DNA of 64,000 nt from Nibricoccus sp. (GTDB lineage Bacteria > Verrucomicrobiota > Verrucomicrobiia > Opitutales > Opitutaceae). The stretch's first letter is position 1; each line of letters opens with the position of its first letter. Positions 9,216 through 21,968 of this stretch are shown here, piece by piece. Position numbers and translations under genes: made by a program. The notes below the pieces were generated by a model, which saw only the letters and a program-made list of their open reading frames with translations, did no database searches and had not been told where the DNA came from. The DNA lies in the NCBI GenBank assembly GCA_047602425.1, contig JASGHG010000001.1:2816001-2880000 (forward strand), in the 5' to 3' direction.

Positions 9216-10496
9216 ATGCCTTCTGTCCTGATCGTCGACGACCTGCTCTCCATTCACGAGATGCTGGATGCGGTGATTCAACCAACCGGTTTCTCCACGT
9301 CCTTTGCCACCGATGGAGAAAAAGCCCTCGTGCGATACAAAGCCGAGAAGCCGGACATCGTCCTCGCCGACATCGACATGAAACCGATGGACGGCATTAC
9401 CTTGCTGAAACAGCTGCGTTTGTTCGATCCCAACGCCGTCGTTATCATTATGACGGCTTACGCGAGCACCGAGAGCGCGATCCAAGCGCTCAAGTTCGGA
9501 TCCTTCGACTACCTGCAAAAACCATTCCGCGTCGACGAGTTGATATCCACTCTTAAGCGCGGCCTTGAGTACAAACAATTCAATGCCGAACGCGCCAACT
9601 CCGGTGGCACCAGCGCGGCTCCATTTACTGCTGCGCCTTCGGTTAAAACCGCGGATATGGAAAGCCGCCTGATCGGCAGCAGTCCGAAATTCAAAAAGCT
9701 TCTCCAGCAACTCAAAAAACTTTCCACCGTCAAAACTCCCGTTCTTCTCCAAGGCGAAACGGGCACCGGCAAAACCACTGTGGCCGAAGTTCTCCACGGC
9801 ATGGGCACTGGCGCGGAGAGCAATCTCGTTCGCATCGATTGCGCCCTTAGCTCAGAGGAAAATTTCAAGGAAGGACTGCTTGGCGATGCGGGCACGGGCG
9901 GCTCTTGGGTCAAACAAGCCAAGGGCGGAACGCTTTTCCTGGATCACATCCAATGTCTGCCCATGGCCACGCAGAAGCAGCTCGTCAGTGTGCTTCGCGC
10001 CACGGCGCAAGCTTTCCGCCTCGTCTGTACGACGTCGGAGGATCTCGAAAAACTCACCGAGGAAGGTAAATTTCACGACGAATTGTTTTACCGCGTCGCC
10101 TCCCTGCCGGTTGTGTTGCCGCCTTTGCGTGATCGTTCCGACGATATTCCACTCCTCGTCAAACACTTCGCGACCCGGGCCACCAACCCTCTTTTCGATA
10201 CAAGTCTGCTTGAGATAACCGACGATGCCATGGAAGTCCTCAAGGACTACGAATGGCCGTGCAATCTCACTGAACTCGAACAGACCATTACGAAAATCGC
10301 TTCCACCGCCGAAACCCGCGTCGTCACGTCGCAGGAACTGCCGCTTCGTTTGAAAGAGGTCAAAAAATGGCCCTCGCTCGCCGATTATCTCGCCGGGCAA
10401 CAAAAGCAATATGTGGAAATGGTCATGCGTGCCTGCAACGACGACAAAGCCAAGGCCGCCAAGGTCCTCGGCATTGAGGCGGCGAAGATTAAGTAG
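9216..10496 (+). CDS. NtrC/PilR-like response regulator (REC + degenerate AAA+ + Fis-like HTH)
   Basis: VLIVDD...LADIDM...KPF receiver; GETGTGKT; FHDELFYR, LPPLRDR, WPCNLTEL; GAFTGA loop absent. Confidence 0.85.
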   Translation: MPSVLIVDDLLSIHEMLDAVIQPTGFSTSFATDGEKALVRYKAEKPDIVLADIDMKPMDGITLLKQLRLFDPNAVVIIMTAYASTESAIQALKFGSFDYLQKPFRVDELISTLKRGLEYKQFNAERANSGGTSAAPFTAAPSVKTADMESRLIGSSPKFKKLLQQLKKLSTVKTPVLLQGETGTGKTTVAEVLHGMGTGAESNLVRIDCALSSEENFKEGLLGDAGTGGSWVKQAKGGTLFLDHIQCLPMATQKQLVSVLRATAQAFRLVCTTSEDLEKLTEEGKFHDELFYRVASLPVVLPPLRDRSDDIPLLVKHFATRATNPLFDTSLLEITDDAMEVLKDYEWPCNLTELEQTITKIASTAETRVVTSQELPLRLKEVKKWPSLADYLAGQQKQYVEMVMRACNDDKAKAAKVLGIEAAKIK

Positions 10497-10616
10497 GCGA
10501 AGCTGAACTGCTTTTGCGTTGGTTAGCCAAGTCAACGCTGCGGACTCTGTCTCCGGAAACTGTTTCCCGCTTGCGCCGCCGCGCAGCCGCCTCAACCCTC
10601 GCGAGCGTTCACGCCC

Positions 10617-13853
<3,237 letters not shown>

Positions 13854-13878
13854 CCAGTCCGCACATCCATATCATTTC

Positions 13879-13912
13879 AAAAGGGCGCAGAGAACTGCGC
13901 CCTTTTTCTTTT
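13879..13912. terminator. Intrinsic terminator, probably bidirectional
   Basis: AAAAGGGCGCAG-AGAA-CTGCGCCCTTTT followed by T-rich run, between convergent genes. Confidence 0.85.
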
Positions 13913-13920
13913 GGTTTGCT

Positions 13921-13944
13921 GGAGGGCGCTGCGCCGTCAGCGCC
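13921..13944 (+). repeat. Single REP-like hairpin
   Basis: GGAG + GGCGCTG-cgccgt-CAGCGCC. Confidence 0.45.
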
Positions 13945-13953
13945 GGGTTTGCC

Positions 13954-15084
13954 TCAACTCAGCGTCTTCTTAAACCGCCCCACGGCGAAGGCCATCACGA
14001 CGAGGCCGATGGCGAGCAACGCGGCGAATTGAGGCCATAGAATTTCGAAGCCGACGCCTTTCAGGAACACGCCGCGGATAATCACGAGCATGTAGCGCAG
14101 GGGATTGATCAGGCTGAGGTATTGGAAAAACGCGGGCATGTTTGCGATCGGAAAGATAAAGCCTGAGAAAAGCATCGCCGGAAAAAAGAAGAAGAACGTC
14201 GTCATCATCGCCTGTTGTTGTGTGCGGCTCACCGTCGAGATGAACAATCCGATGCTCAACGTGCCGAGGAGGAAGAGCGCGGCGCCAAGCAATAGCAGGG
14301 CGAAATTGCCGGCCAGCGGTATGCCGAACCAGAATAGAGCGACACCGGTAACCAGGCCGACATCAATAAAACCGATCACCGCAAAGGGCGCACTTTTGCC
14401 GAGGATGAATTCGATCGGGCGGATCGGCGTGACCATGATCTGTTCGATTGTGCCGGCTTCTTTTTCGCGCACGATGGCCATGCTCGTGAGCATGAGGCTG
14501 ATCAACATGATCATCATGGCGATGATTCCCGGTACGTAGTAGTTCCGGCTTTCGAGGTCGGCATTAAACCAGGCACGCGGTTGTAGATTGACGCTGGCGA
14601 CCGGCACAATGCGGCCGTTTTGGCGAAGCGTGCGATCGAGGGTAAAGGCATTGTCCGCGGCGGCGGCGATGACATTGGCGTAGTTCACTACGAAGCGTGC
14701 GGTGTTGGAGTCCGCGCCATCAACGATGAGCTGGGCCTGTGCCGTACTGCCCCCCTTGAGGCGCTGTTCAAAGCCGGTGTTGATTTGCAGAATGGCGGCA
14801 GCCTTGGCAGAGTCGATCAACGAGCGTGCGTAGTCCTCGTCATCGGTTTGGGCAATGGCATCGAAACAGTTTGAACCGAGAAACCGCTGCACAAGTACGC
14901 GACTGGCGGTGGTATTGTCCCGATCGACGACGACGAGCGGCACGTGACGTACGTCGAGCGTGACGGCGTAGCCGAAGATCAAGGTCTGGATGATCGGCAC
15001 GCCGAAGATGACCAGGCGCATGCGCGGATCGCGGAGAACGGAGCGAAACTCTTTACGCAGGAGAGTGAGGATGCGTTCCCACAT
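13954..15084 (-). CDS. ABC-2 permease (YbhR-like)
   Basis: KEFRSVLRDPR, WFNADLES, AIVREKEAGTIEQIMVTP. Confidence 0.9.
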   Translation of the reverse strand: MWERILTLLRKEFRSVLRDPRMRLVIFGVPIIQTLIFGYAVTLDVRHVPLVVVDRDNTTASRVLVQRFLGSNCFDAIAQTDDEDYARSLIDSAKAAAILQINTGFEQRLKGGSTAQAQLIVDGADSNTARFVVNYANVIAAAADNAFTLDRTLRQNGRIVPVASVNLQPRAWFNADLESRNYYVPGIIAMMIMLISLMLTSMAIVREKEAGTIEQIMVTPIRPIEFILGKSAPFAVIGFIDVGLVTGVALFWFGIPLAGNFALLLLGAALFLLGTLSIGLFISTVSRTQQQAMMTTFFFFFPAMLFSGFIFPIANMPAFFQYLSLINPLRYMLVIIRGVFLKGVGFEILWPQFAALLAIGLVVMAFAVGRFKKTLS

Positions 15085-15086
15085 GG

Positions 15087-16220
15087 TTAGGAGAGACGTT
15101 TGCGGGTTCGCGCGATGGCGAGGCCCAGCATGACGACGGCGAAGGCGATCAGAAAAACGGTTTCCGACCAGAGTATGCGCAGGCCGACGCCGCGCAGGAA
15201 AATGCCTTTGACCAACGCCACGAAATATCGCGCTGGAACGATGTGGGTGATCCCGCGCACGACTGTCGGCATGTTCGCGATGGCAAAGGCAAAACCTGAG
15301 AGCAGGAAGGCAGGCAAAAACGTGGCGACCATCGCAAGTTGACTGGCGAGGAGCTGCTGGCGCGCGATCGCGCTGATGAGAATTCCTTGGGCGAGTGTGG
15401 CGATGATAAACAGTGTGCCGACAAGAAAGAGCAGCGGCACGCTGCCTCGCAACGGGACGTGAAAAAGATAGACGGCCATCGAGACGGCGATCACCAAATC
15501 GACGAAACCGATGACGAGGTAGGGCAGCAATTTTCCGAGAATGAGTTCGGCGGGGCGCACGGGCGTTGAAATGAGTTGTTCCATTGTGCCGGTTTCCCAT
15601 TCGCGCGCGACAGTGAGCGACGTGAGCAGGGCTGCGATGAGTCCCATGATCACGGCGAGAATTCCCGGTACGATGAAGTTGCGGCTTTCGAGGTCGGGGT
15701 TGAACCATACGCGCGTGCGGAGATCGAGGCTGGCGATGGGAGTTTGCCCCGTACGGCGCTGGATTTGCTCAAGCGTGATCGGGCGGTTGAACGCAAGCGT
15801 GATGCCCTGGGTGTACCCGAGTACGATGCCGGCGGTATTTGAGTCCGAACCATCGACAATCGCTTGCACAGACGGCGTCCGACCTGCATCGAGTTCGCGT
15901 GCAAAGCCCGGTGGGATGATCAATCCGAGCATCGCATTGCGCGTATCGATCTCGTGTTCAAGTCCGGCATAACCGCTGACTGTGCCGCGAAGATCGAAAT
16001 AAGGCGTGGCGGTAAAGCGAGAAACGAAATCGCGGCTTTGGGTGGTATTACTTTGGTCCCAGACAACAAATGGCACGCGGTCGACATCGAGTGTCAGCGC
16101 ATAACCAAACGCCAGAAGCATGAGCATCGGAATGCCAATGGCGAAACCGAGGCTGCGCGGGTCGCGACGGATGTGGATGGCTTCCTTGCGGGCAACGGCC
16201 CAGAGACGGCGGAGGTTCAT
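15087..16220 (-). CDS. ABC-2 permease (YbhS-like)
   Basis: KEAIHIRRDPRS, WFNPDLES, AREWETGTMEQLISTP. Confidence 0.9.
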   Translation of the reverse strand: MNLRRLWAVARKEAIHIRRDPRSLGFAIGIPMLMLLAFGYALTLDVDRVPFVVWDQSNTTQSRDFVSRFTATPYFDLRGTVSGYAGLEHEIDTRNAMLGLIIPPGFARELDAGRTPSVQAIVDGSDSNTAGIVLGYTQGITLAFNRPITLEQIQRRTGQTPIASLDLRTRVWFNPDLESRNFIVPGILAVIMGLIAALLTSLTVAREWETGTMEQLISTPVRPAELILGKLLPYLVIGFVDLVIAVSMAVYLFHVPLRGSVPLLFLVGTLFIIATLAQGILISAIARQQLLASQLAMVATFLPAFLLSGFAFAIANMPTVVRGITHIVPARYFVALVKGIFLRGVGLRILWSETVFLIAFAVVMLGLAIARTRKRLS

Positions 16221-16250
16221 GCGGTGGACCAACTCGCACGAGGTTGGTTC

Positions 16251-16336
16251 GGTAGGGACGGACCGCCGGGCCGTCCGGTTGTGCGTGAGCCCATCGCGGG
16301 CCACGGGGGTGGACGACCCGGCGAGTCGTCCCTACC
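16251..16336. repeat. REPIN-like inverted pair of GTAG-type REP units
   Basis: GGTAGGGACGGACCGCCGGGCCGTCC ... GGACGACCCGGCGAGTCGTCCCTACC inside the efflux operon. Confidence 0.7.
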
Positions 16337-16371
16337 TTGCGCCACTTCTATCGCCTGGGTCTGCAGGAGGT

Positions 16372-17340
16372 TCATTGGCGGAACTCCTTTTGCGTCCCCT
16401 CGGCGCGGTCGCGGGCTTCGATCAGTGAAACAAAGACATCTTCCAGCGTCGGCACGATGCGCTCGATGCGGATAAGTTTGATTTGTTTCTCGGCAAGCGC
16501 CGCGCGAATTCCAGTCATGGCTGCATCGGCGTCGCGTGCTACGGCGTGTAAGCCTTTGCCGAAGAGCGCGGTTTCTTTTACGGCCGACACGCGTTCGAGC
16601 AACGCCATGGCATCATTGGGGCGTTCGCAATCTATCTCGAGCACGGCGTCGGTCATGTGCAGCGTTTTAAGATCGCGGGGGCGGCCGAGGGCGATCAACT
16701 CGCCGCGGTAGATAATGCCGAGCCGGTCGCAGTACTCGGATTCTTCCATGTAGTGGGTGGTTACGAAAACCGTGACGCCCTGTCCGGCGAGTTCGTAAAT
16801 GAGGTCCCAGAACTGGCGGCGGCTGTTGGGATCGACGCCGGAAGTCGGCTCATCGAGGAAAAGAATCGGTGGTTCGTGCAGCACAGCGCAGCCGAGCGCA
16901 AGGCGTTGTTTCCAACCGCCGGACAATGTGCTCGTCCGCGAGTGTCGATGCTCAGTCAGGCCGGCCATACGGAGGACCCAATCCTTACGTGGGGCCTTCT
17001 TGTCGGCGGGCAAACAATAGATGCCGCTATAGAAATCGATATTCTCCTCCACCGTGAGTTCATCGTAGAGGGAAAACTTTTGGCTCATGTAACCGATTCG
17101 GCTTTTTATCAGCTCGGTATCGCGGCGAATGTCGAAGCCGGCGACACGCCCTGTGCCGCCCGAAGGAGCGAGCAAACCGCAGAGCATGCGGATGGTGGTG
17201 GACTTCCCCGCGCCGTTGGGCCCGAGGAAGCCGAAGATTTCTCCACGAGCGACTGAAAATGAAATGCCTGCCACGGCGCGAAATTCTCCGAAGCGGCGTT
17301 CCAGGTTTTCAACCACGACGATGGGTTCGGTTCCGCTCAT
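16372..17340 (-). CDS. ABC transporter ATP-binding protein (YbhF-like half)
   Basis: GPNGAGKS, GYMSQKFSLY, LSGGWKQRL, FLDEPTSGVDP. Confidence 0.9.
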   Translation of the reverse strand: MSGTEPIVVVENLERRFGEFRAVAGISFSVARGEIFGFLGPNGAGKSTTIRMLCGLLAPSGGTGRVAGFDIRRDTELIKSRIGYMSQKFSLYDELTVEENIDFYSGIYCLPADKKAPRKDWVLRMAGLTEHRHSRTSTLSGGWKQRLALGCAVLHEPPILFLDEPTSGVDPNSRRQFWDLIYELAGQGVTVFVTTHYMEESEYCDRLGIIYRGELIALGRPRDLKTLHMTDAVLEIDCERPNDAMALLERVSAVKETALFGKGLHAVARDADAAMTGIRAALAEKQIKLIRIERIVPTLEDVFVSLIEARDRAEGTQKEFRQ

Positions 17341-18278
17341 GACTGGGGCGCGGATGAATTTTGGGCGATCACGGATACGAAGACATCTTCGAGGGACGGT
17401 TCGATCGGGGTGAGCGAGAGGAGTTCGAAGCCGGCGCTGGAAATGAGGCGGCGGCTTTCGGTTTCGGTTGCGGAGGCATCGCGGGTCACAACGTGGACTC
17501 GATCGCCAAAGAGGCCGACGGAAGTGTCGGGCAGTTTTGTCCGCAACAGAAGCGCCGTGCGGCGTGGGGCATTGGTTCGAATCTCGAGTAGTGTGCCGGG
17601 CATCAATTTCTTCACGTCTTCGGGCATGCCGAGTCCAATAAGTCTACCCTGGTGGAGAAGAGCGAGGCGGTTGCAGCGCTCGGCCTCGTCGAGGTAGGCG
17701 GTGGAAACGAAGAGTGTGACGCCGTCACGAACCAATTGATAGAGGATGCGCCAGAAATCGCGGCGGGAGACGGGATCGACGCCGTTGGTCGGTTCATCGA
17801 GGAAAAGCACGCGCGGCGTATGAATGAGCGCGCAGGCGAGTCCGAGTTTTTGTTTCATGCCGCCCGAGAGATTTCCAGCACGGCGATGTTTGAAAGGCGT
17901 GAGATTGCTGAAGCCAAGAAGGCGCTCGGTGCGGGCGGCAAGTTCGCTTTTCGGCACAGAGTAGATATCGGCGTAAAAGGCGATGTTTTCGCTGACGGTC
18001 AGGTCGGGATACAGACCGAAGCGCTGGCTCATGTAGCCGATGTGTGTTTTAAGTAGTTCGGGTTGCCGAAGGATATCGCAGCCTGCGACCGTGGCGCCAC
18101 CCGCGCTGGGCGTGAGGATGCCGGCAAGCATGCGCATTGTAGTGGTTTTACCTGCGCCGTCGGGCCCCACGAGGCCAAAGATTTCTCCAGCGTGCACCTC
18201 AAGATCGAGTCCATCGACGGCGACGAGCTTGCCGAAAGTGCGGCGAAGACCCCGAGCTTGGATGGCGGCCGAAGACAT
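17337..18278 (-). CDS. ABC transporter ATP-binding protein (YbhF-like half)
   Basis: GPDGAGKT, LSGGMKQKL, FLDEPTNGVDP. Confidence 0.9.
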   Translation of the reverse strand: MSSAAIQARGLRRTFGKLVAVDGLDLEVHAGEIFGLVGPDGAGKTTTMRMLAGILTPSAGGATVAGCDILRQPELLKTHIGYMSQRFGLYPDLTVSENIAFYADIYSVPKSELAARTERLLGFSNLTPFKHRRAGNLSGGMKQKLGLACALIHTPRVLFLDEPTNGVDPVSRRDFWRILYQLVRDGVTLFVSTAYLDEAERCNRLALLHQGRLIGLGMPEDVKKLMPGTLLEIRTNAPRRTALLLRTKLPDTSVGLFGDRVHVVTRDASATETESRRLISSAGFELLSLTPIEPSLEDVFVSVIAQNSSAPQS

Positions 18279-18299
18279 GGCGATTTTGGAAATGGGAAC

Positions 18300-19283
18300 T
18301 TACTTCGCGACGGCAGGCAGCACGACATCGGCGGGCATGCCGGGTTTGAGTTCGTCGTTGGGATTTAAGACGTCGACCTTGATGCGGAAAACGAGCTTCA
18401 CGCGTTCTTTGGTGGTTTGAACGGTTTTGGGAGTGAATTCGGCTTCCGATGAGATGAAACTGACGACGCCTTCGAAATCCTTGCCGGGCGCAGTGTCGGT
18501 GTGAACGACGAGTTTTTGGCCGAGACGCACGCGGCCGAGATCGGTTTGGTTGACGTAGGCTCGAACCCAGGTGTGCAGCGTATCGGCGACGGTCACGATG
18601 GGAGTGCCGGCGGCCACGAATTCACCGGGTTCGATATTGTGGGAGAGCACCACGCCATTGAGCGGTGAGAGGAGCCGCGTGTTTTCAACCTGCGTTTCAG
18701 CCAGGGCAACGGAAGCGGCGGAGGATTGGACGCGAGCTTTAGCTTGAGCGATTTGTTCGGCACGGGGACCTTCCTTGACCAGCTTGAGCTGTTCGGCGGC
18801 TTGAGTGACGCGAGCTTCGGCGACACGAATCAGCGCCTGGGCGGAATCGAAATCACGGGCCGTCACGACTTCCTTGGTGCGGAGATCCTCGAAGCGGGTG
18901 AAATCGAGTTTGGCGCGGTCGCGTTCGGCCTCGGCGCTATGGAGCGCGGCTTCAGCGGCGACAATTTCTTGTGGGCGAGAACCGGCTTCGAGATCGGCGA
19001 GAGCGGCGGCGGCGACCGCCAATTCCGCGCGACGCAAATCGAGTTGCTGGCGTTGCTCAATGTCATCGAGACGGGCGATGGGCTGGCCGGCGGTCACACG
19101 TTGGCCCTCGGAGACGGTTCGTTCGAGGACGCGGCCGGGGATTTTAAAACCGAGCTGGGCGTCGACGACTTCGATGTTGCCCGAGAGGACGAGCGAGCCA
19201 TTGGGCGAGGAATTGGAGCGCGAGCAGGCAGTGAGGGCGAGCAGAGCGCTGGCAACGAGGAGACTAAAAAGCCGGGTGCGCAT
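18300..19283 (-). CDS. HlyD-family membrane fusion lipoprotein (YbhG-like)
   Basis: Lipobox LTAC, SGNIE, coiled coil, AEFTPKTVQT, LKPGMPADV; alternative start at 19310. Confidence 0.88.
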   Translation of the reverse strand: MRTRLFSLLVASALLALTACSRSNSSPNGSLVLSGNIEVVDAQLGFKIPGRVLERTVSEGQRVTAGQPIARLDDIEQRQQLDLRRAELAVAAAALADLEAGSRPQEIVAAEAALHSAEAERDRAKLDFTRFEDLRTKEVVTARDFDSAQALIRVAEARVTQAAEQLKLVKEGPRAEQIAQAKARVQSSAASVALAETQVENTRLLSPLNGVVLSHNIEPGEFVAAGTPIVTVADTLHTWVRAYVNQTDLGRVRLGQKLVVHTDTAPGKDFEGVVSFISSEAEFTPKTVQTTKERVKLVFRIKVDVLNPNDELKPGMPADVVLPAVAK

Positions 19284-19923
19284 GGGGATGTTGTTTAAGG
19301 TGTTTTTCATAGTCTTTGCGGCCGGCGGGCGAGAGGACGCCGCCGAGGAAAATGGAGATCGCTTTGTTGAGCGTCTGCTTGGGAGAAAGCTGGGTGCGCT
19401 CGAGTGTTTCGGGATGCATGAGGCCACGAATGGCCTGTAACCAGAACTCAGCGGCAAAAGCCAGATCGATATCGGAACGCACGAGTTCCTCTTCCTGACC
19501 CTCGCGGAGGAGACGGCCGAAAACGTAGGGGATGTTTTTTTGGCGGAGTTCGTCGATCTTTTGGAAAAGTGCCGGCATGTCGCGCTGGAGGTCGCGGAGC
19601 ATGACCGGATTGATTTTTGACAGCGTGTTGCCGATGAGCTCGCTGATGGCACACATCTTCTCAGAGAAAGTGAGGTTGTTGTTGTCGAGGATTTCGTCGA
19701 ACCGCTTGCGCATAGTGCGGCCAATGAACTCGACGATTTTTTCCGCAATCGCGTCTTTGCCGGGAAAATGAACGTAAAGCGTCTTTTTGCTGATGCCGAG
19801 ATCGCCGGCCAGTTCATCCATTGTGAGGGCGCGCAGGCCGGCGCGGAAAATGCGATCACGAGCGGCTTCGAGAATGCGTCGTGCAAGCGGTGTATCGGCG
19901 GTGATGGGATCTTTATGGAGCAT
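19264..19923 (-). CDS. TetR/AcrR family transcriptional regulator
   Basis: ILEAA...LTMDELAGDLGISKKTLYVHFPGK HTH. Confidence 0.92.
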   Translation of the reverse strand: MLHKDPITADTPLARRILEAARDRIFRAGLRALTMDELAGDLGISKKTLYVHFPGKDAIAEKIVEFIGRTMRKRFDEILDNNNLTFSEKMCAISELIGNTLSKINPVMLRDLQRDMPALFQKIDELRQKNIPYVFGRLLREGQEEELVRSDIDLAFAAEFWLQAIRGLMHPETLERTQLSPKQTLNKAISIFLGGVLSPAGRKDYEKHLKQHPHAHPAF

Positions 19924-19934
19924 GAAAACGGAAA

Positions 19935-19958
19935 AAACTTAAAACGTATTTATAGTTT
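19935..19958. promoter_or_regulatory. Candidate TetR operator
   Basis: Imperfect palindrome AAACTTAAAA-CGTA-TTTATAGTTT immediately upstream of the tetR start. Confidence 0.5.
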
Positions 19959-20105
19959 CCATGCAATCCTGGATTTATCAATGGGAGATAGCGTGGATTA
20001 AGTGATGCGTTGGGAGCAGGTTGCGTTTTTGCTCTGCCGCAGCCTGCTTACGTAAATGTTTGACGAGATTGGCGCGTTTAGATGGTTTAGTTCCCACAAA
20101 CATTT

Positions 20106-20666
20106 ATGAGGACTAAAATTCTATTTGCTTTAGCGGTGCTGACCGGTGGCTTGATGGGTGCCTCAATGACTCGCGCGGAGGGGGACGACCGTGCGCGTTT
20201 TTTTGTGCAGCCGGGTGTCTTGATCGTGATGGGTGGCAAAGACTTTAAGGATACACCGGGAGTCTCTATCGCGTCTGGGGTCGCATTTGCGAAGCACCAC
20301 TCGCTGGAGTTGGAGGTTATTCTCTTTGATAGGGACTCTGTCGTGCGTTCGAATCGGATGGATCTGCGTTACTACATCGGATTGCTAACCTACAAGTACG
20401 CGTTCCGCTTTCGTCACGGGATCTCTGTATTCGCGGGGGGATCGCTAGGCAATGTAAGGGAAGAAGTCCCTGTCTGGGGAGTGAGCAGGCCTGATGGCAA
20501 TATCGACAGTGCGTTTGCTTATGGTCCCTCAGGCGGGGTGAGTTACAGCCTGAATCGTTGTATACATTTTGAAGTCGGAGGAAAATTGATCGGTAAGGGG
20601 AAAACCCGTTTCACGACGAGTGGAGGCATTTCGATGGTCCAAGGGGCGGTCCGGTTTCAGTTCTAG
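20106..20666 (+). CDS. Small outer-membrane beta-barrel protein (OmpA/OmpW-like barrel)
   Basis: Signal peptide, alternating beta strands, C-terminal VRFQF. Confidence 0.7.
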   Translation: MRTKILFALAVLTGGLMGASMTRAEGDDRARFFVQPGVLIVMGGKDFKDTPGVSIASGVAFAKHHSLELEVILFDRDSVVRSNRMDLRYYIGLLTYKYAFRFRHGISVFAGGSLGNVREEVPVWGVSRPDGNIDSAFAYGPSGGVSYSLNRCIHFEVGGKLIGKGKTRFTTSGGISMVQGAVRFQF

Positions 20667-20691
20667 AAGCCGTACGGCTGCCAATTGTGCC

Positions 20692-21894
20692 CTAGTTGGA
20701 AATCGCATGAGCGATGCCGAGTTGGAGGCCCCGGAGCTCGGCGAGGCCGCGGAGACGGCCGATCAACGGATAGCCGGGGCAGGTTGGTTCGGCACGGCGG
20801 AAGTCGTCGAGGATTTTATGCCCGTGGTCCGGGCGGAAGGCAATTTGTCCGGCTGGGCCGCGACGTGCTTGTTCTTCGATCAGTGCGTGGACGACGGCGT
20901 ACATCGTGGCGCTGTTGGCGAGGTGAGCACCTTCGTAGAACGTGCCATCTTGGTTATGCACGACGGTTCGAAGGTGGGCGGAGTGAATGCGCGGGGCGAA
21001 GCGGCGGGCGATTTGCGGAAGGTTGTTGTCGGTGCGCGAACCAAGTGAGCCGGTGCAATAGCAAAGGCCATTGGAGGGATGGTCGACCATCGCGAGGATT
21101 TCGGCGAGATCCTGTTCGGTGGAGACAATGCGGGGCAGACCGAGCACGGAAAACGGCGGATCGTCGGGGTGAATGGCGAGTTTGACACCCGCTTCCGCAG
21201 CGACGGGGACGATGGCTTCGAGGAAAAGCCGGAGATTGTCTTTCAACCTCTTCGAATCGAAATCGGCATAGCGGGCGAGCATGGCGCGCATGTCGTCGAG
21301 ACTGACGTTAAGTTTGACACCGGGGAAAAGATCGAGGGTTTGGCGGGTGAATTTCTCCTGGCCAGTCAGGCCGAGGCTGGACCAGAACTTTTTGGCGTTG
21401 GCGCATTGGTTCGGGGTGAAATCTTTCTCGGCGCCGGGGCGGCCGAGGGCGAAGAGATCGAACGCGGCGAACTTCACCGGATCGTAGAGCAATGCCTCGG
21501 CGCCGTCGGGCAGGCGGTGGTGCAGGTCGGTGCGCACCCAGTCGAGCACAGGCATGAAATTGTAGATGACCGTGCGAATGCCAGCGGCGCCGAGATTGCG
21601 CAGCGAGGTTTGGTAATTGGCGATGGCGCGGGCGAAGTCGCCGGTGCGGGTCTTGATCGATTCGTGGACGGGGACGGACTCGACGACGTTCCAGCGAATG
21701 CCAGCAGCGGCGATGATGTCGCGGCGTTCGATGATTTTTTCGAGCGGCCAAGCCTCGCCGTAGGGAATTTCGTGCAGAGAAGAAAACACGCCGGTGGCGC
21801 CAGTCTGCCGGATTTCGGCGAGTGAGACCGTATCGGCCGGGCCGAACCAACGCATAGATTCTTCCATGATCGGAAGCGGGGAAGCGGCAGTCAT
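20692..21894 (-). CDS. uxuA: Mannonate dehydratase
   Basis: MRWFGP, VVESVPVHE, YNFMPVLDW, AIHPDDPP, RPDHGH, GYPLIGRLRGLAEL; start 21894 or 21867. Confidence 0.95.
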   Translation of the reverse strand: MTAASPLPIMEESMRWFGPADTVSLAEIRQTGATGVFSSLHEIPYGEAWPLEKIIERRDIIAAAGIRWNVVESVPVHESIKTRTGDFARAIANYQTSLRNLGAAGIRTVIYNFMPVLDWVRTDLHHRLPDGAEALLYDPVKFAAFDLFALGRPGAEKDFTPNQCANAKKFWSSLGLTGQEKFTRQTLDLFPGVKLNVSLDDMRAMLARYADFDSKRLKDNLRLFLEAIVPVAAEAGVKLAIHPDDPPFSVLGLPRIVSTEQDLAEILAMVDHPSNGLCYCTGSLGSRTDNNLPQIARRFAPRIHSAHLRTVVHNQDGTFYEGAHLANSATMYAVVHALIEEQARRGPAGQIAFRPDHGHKILDDFRRAEPTCPGYPLIGRLRGLAELRGLQLGIAHAISN

Positions 21895-21968
21895 TTGATT
21901 TGGAATTTGAGAGGCGGAATTTGAAATGGCCACAAAAGGCACAGAAGACGCAAAAGTCGGAGGGGTCA

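Noticed and set aside
18300..19886. 528-aa extended HlyD and other long N-terminal extensions in the ORF track (mlaF, permease, eda, larE, nikMN)
   Set aside because: Extensions overlap upstream genes or promoters; family motifs begin at the downstream starts used above
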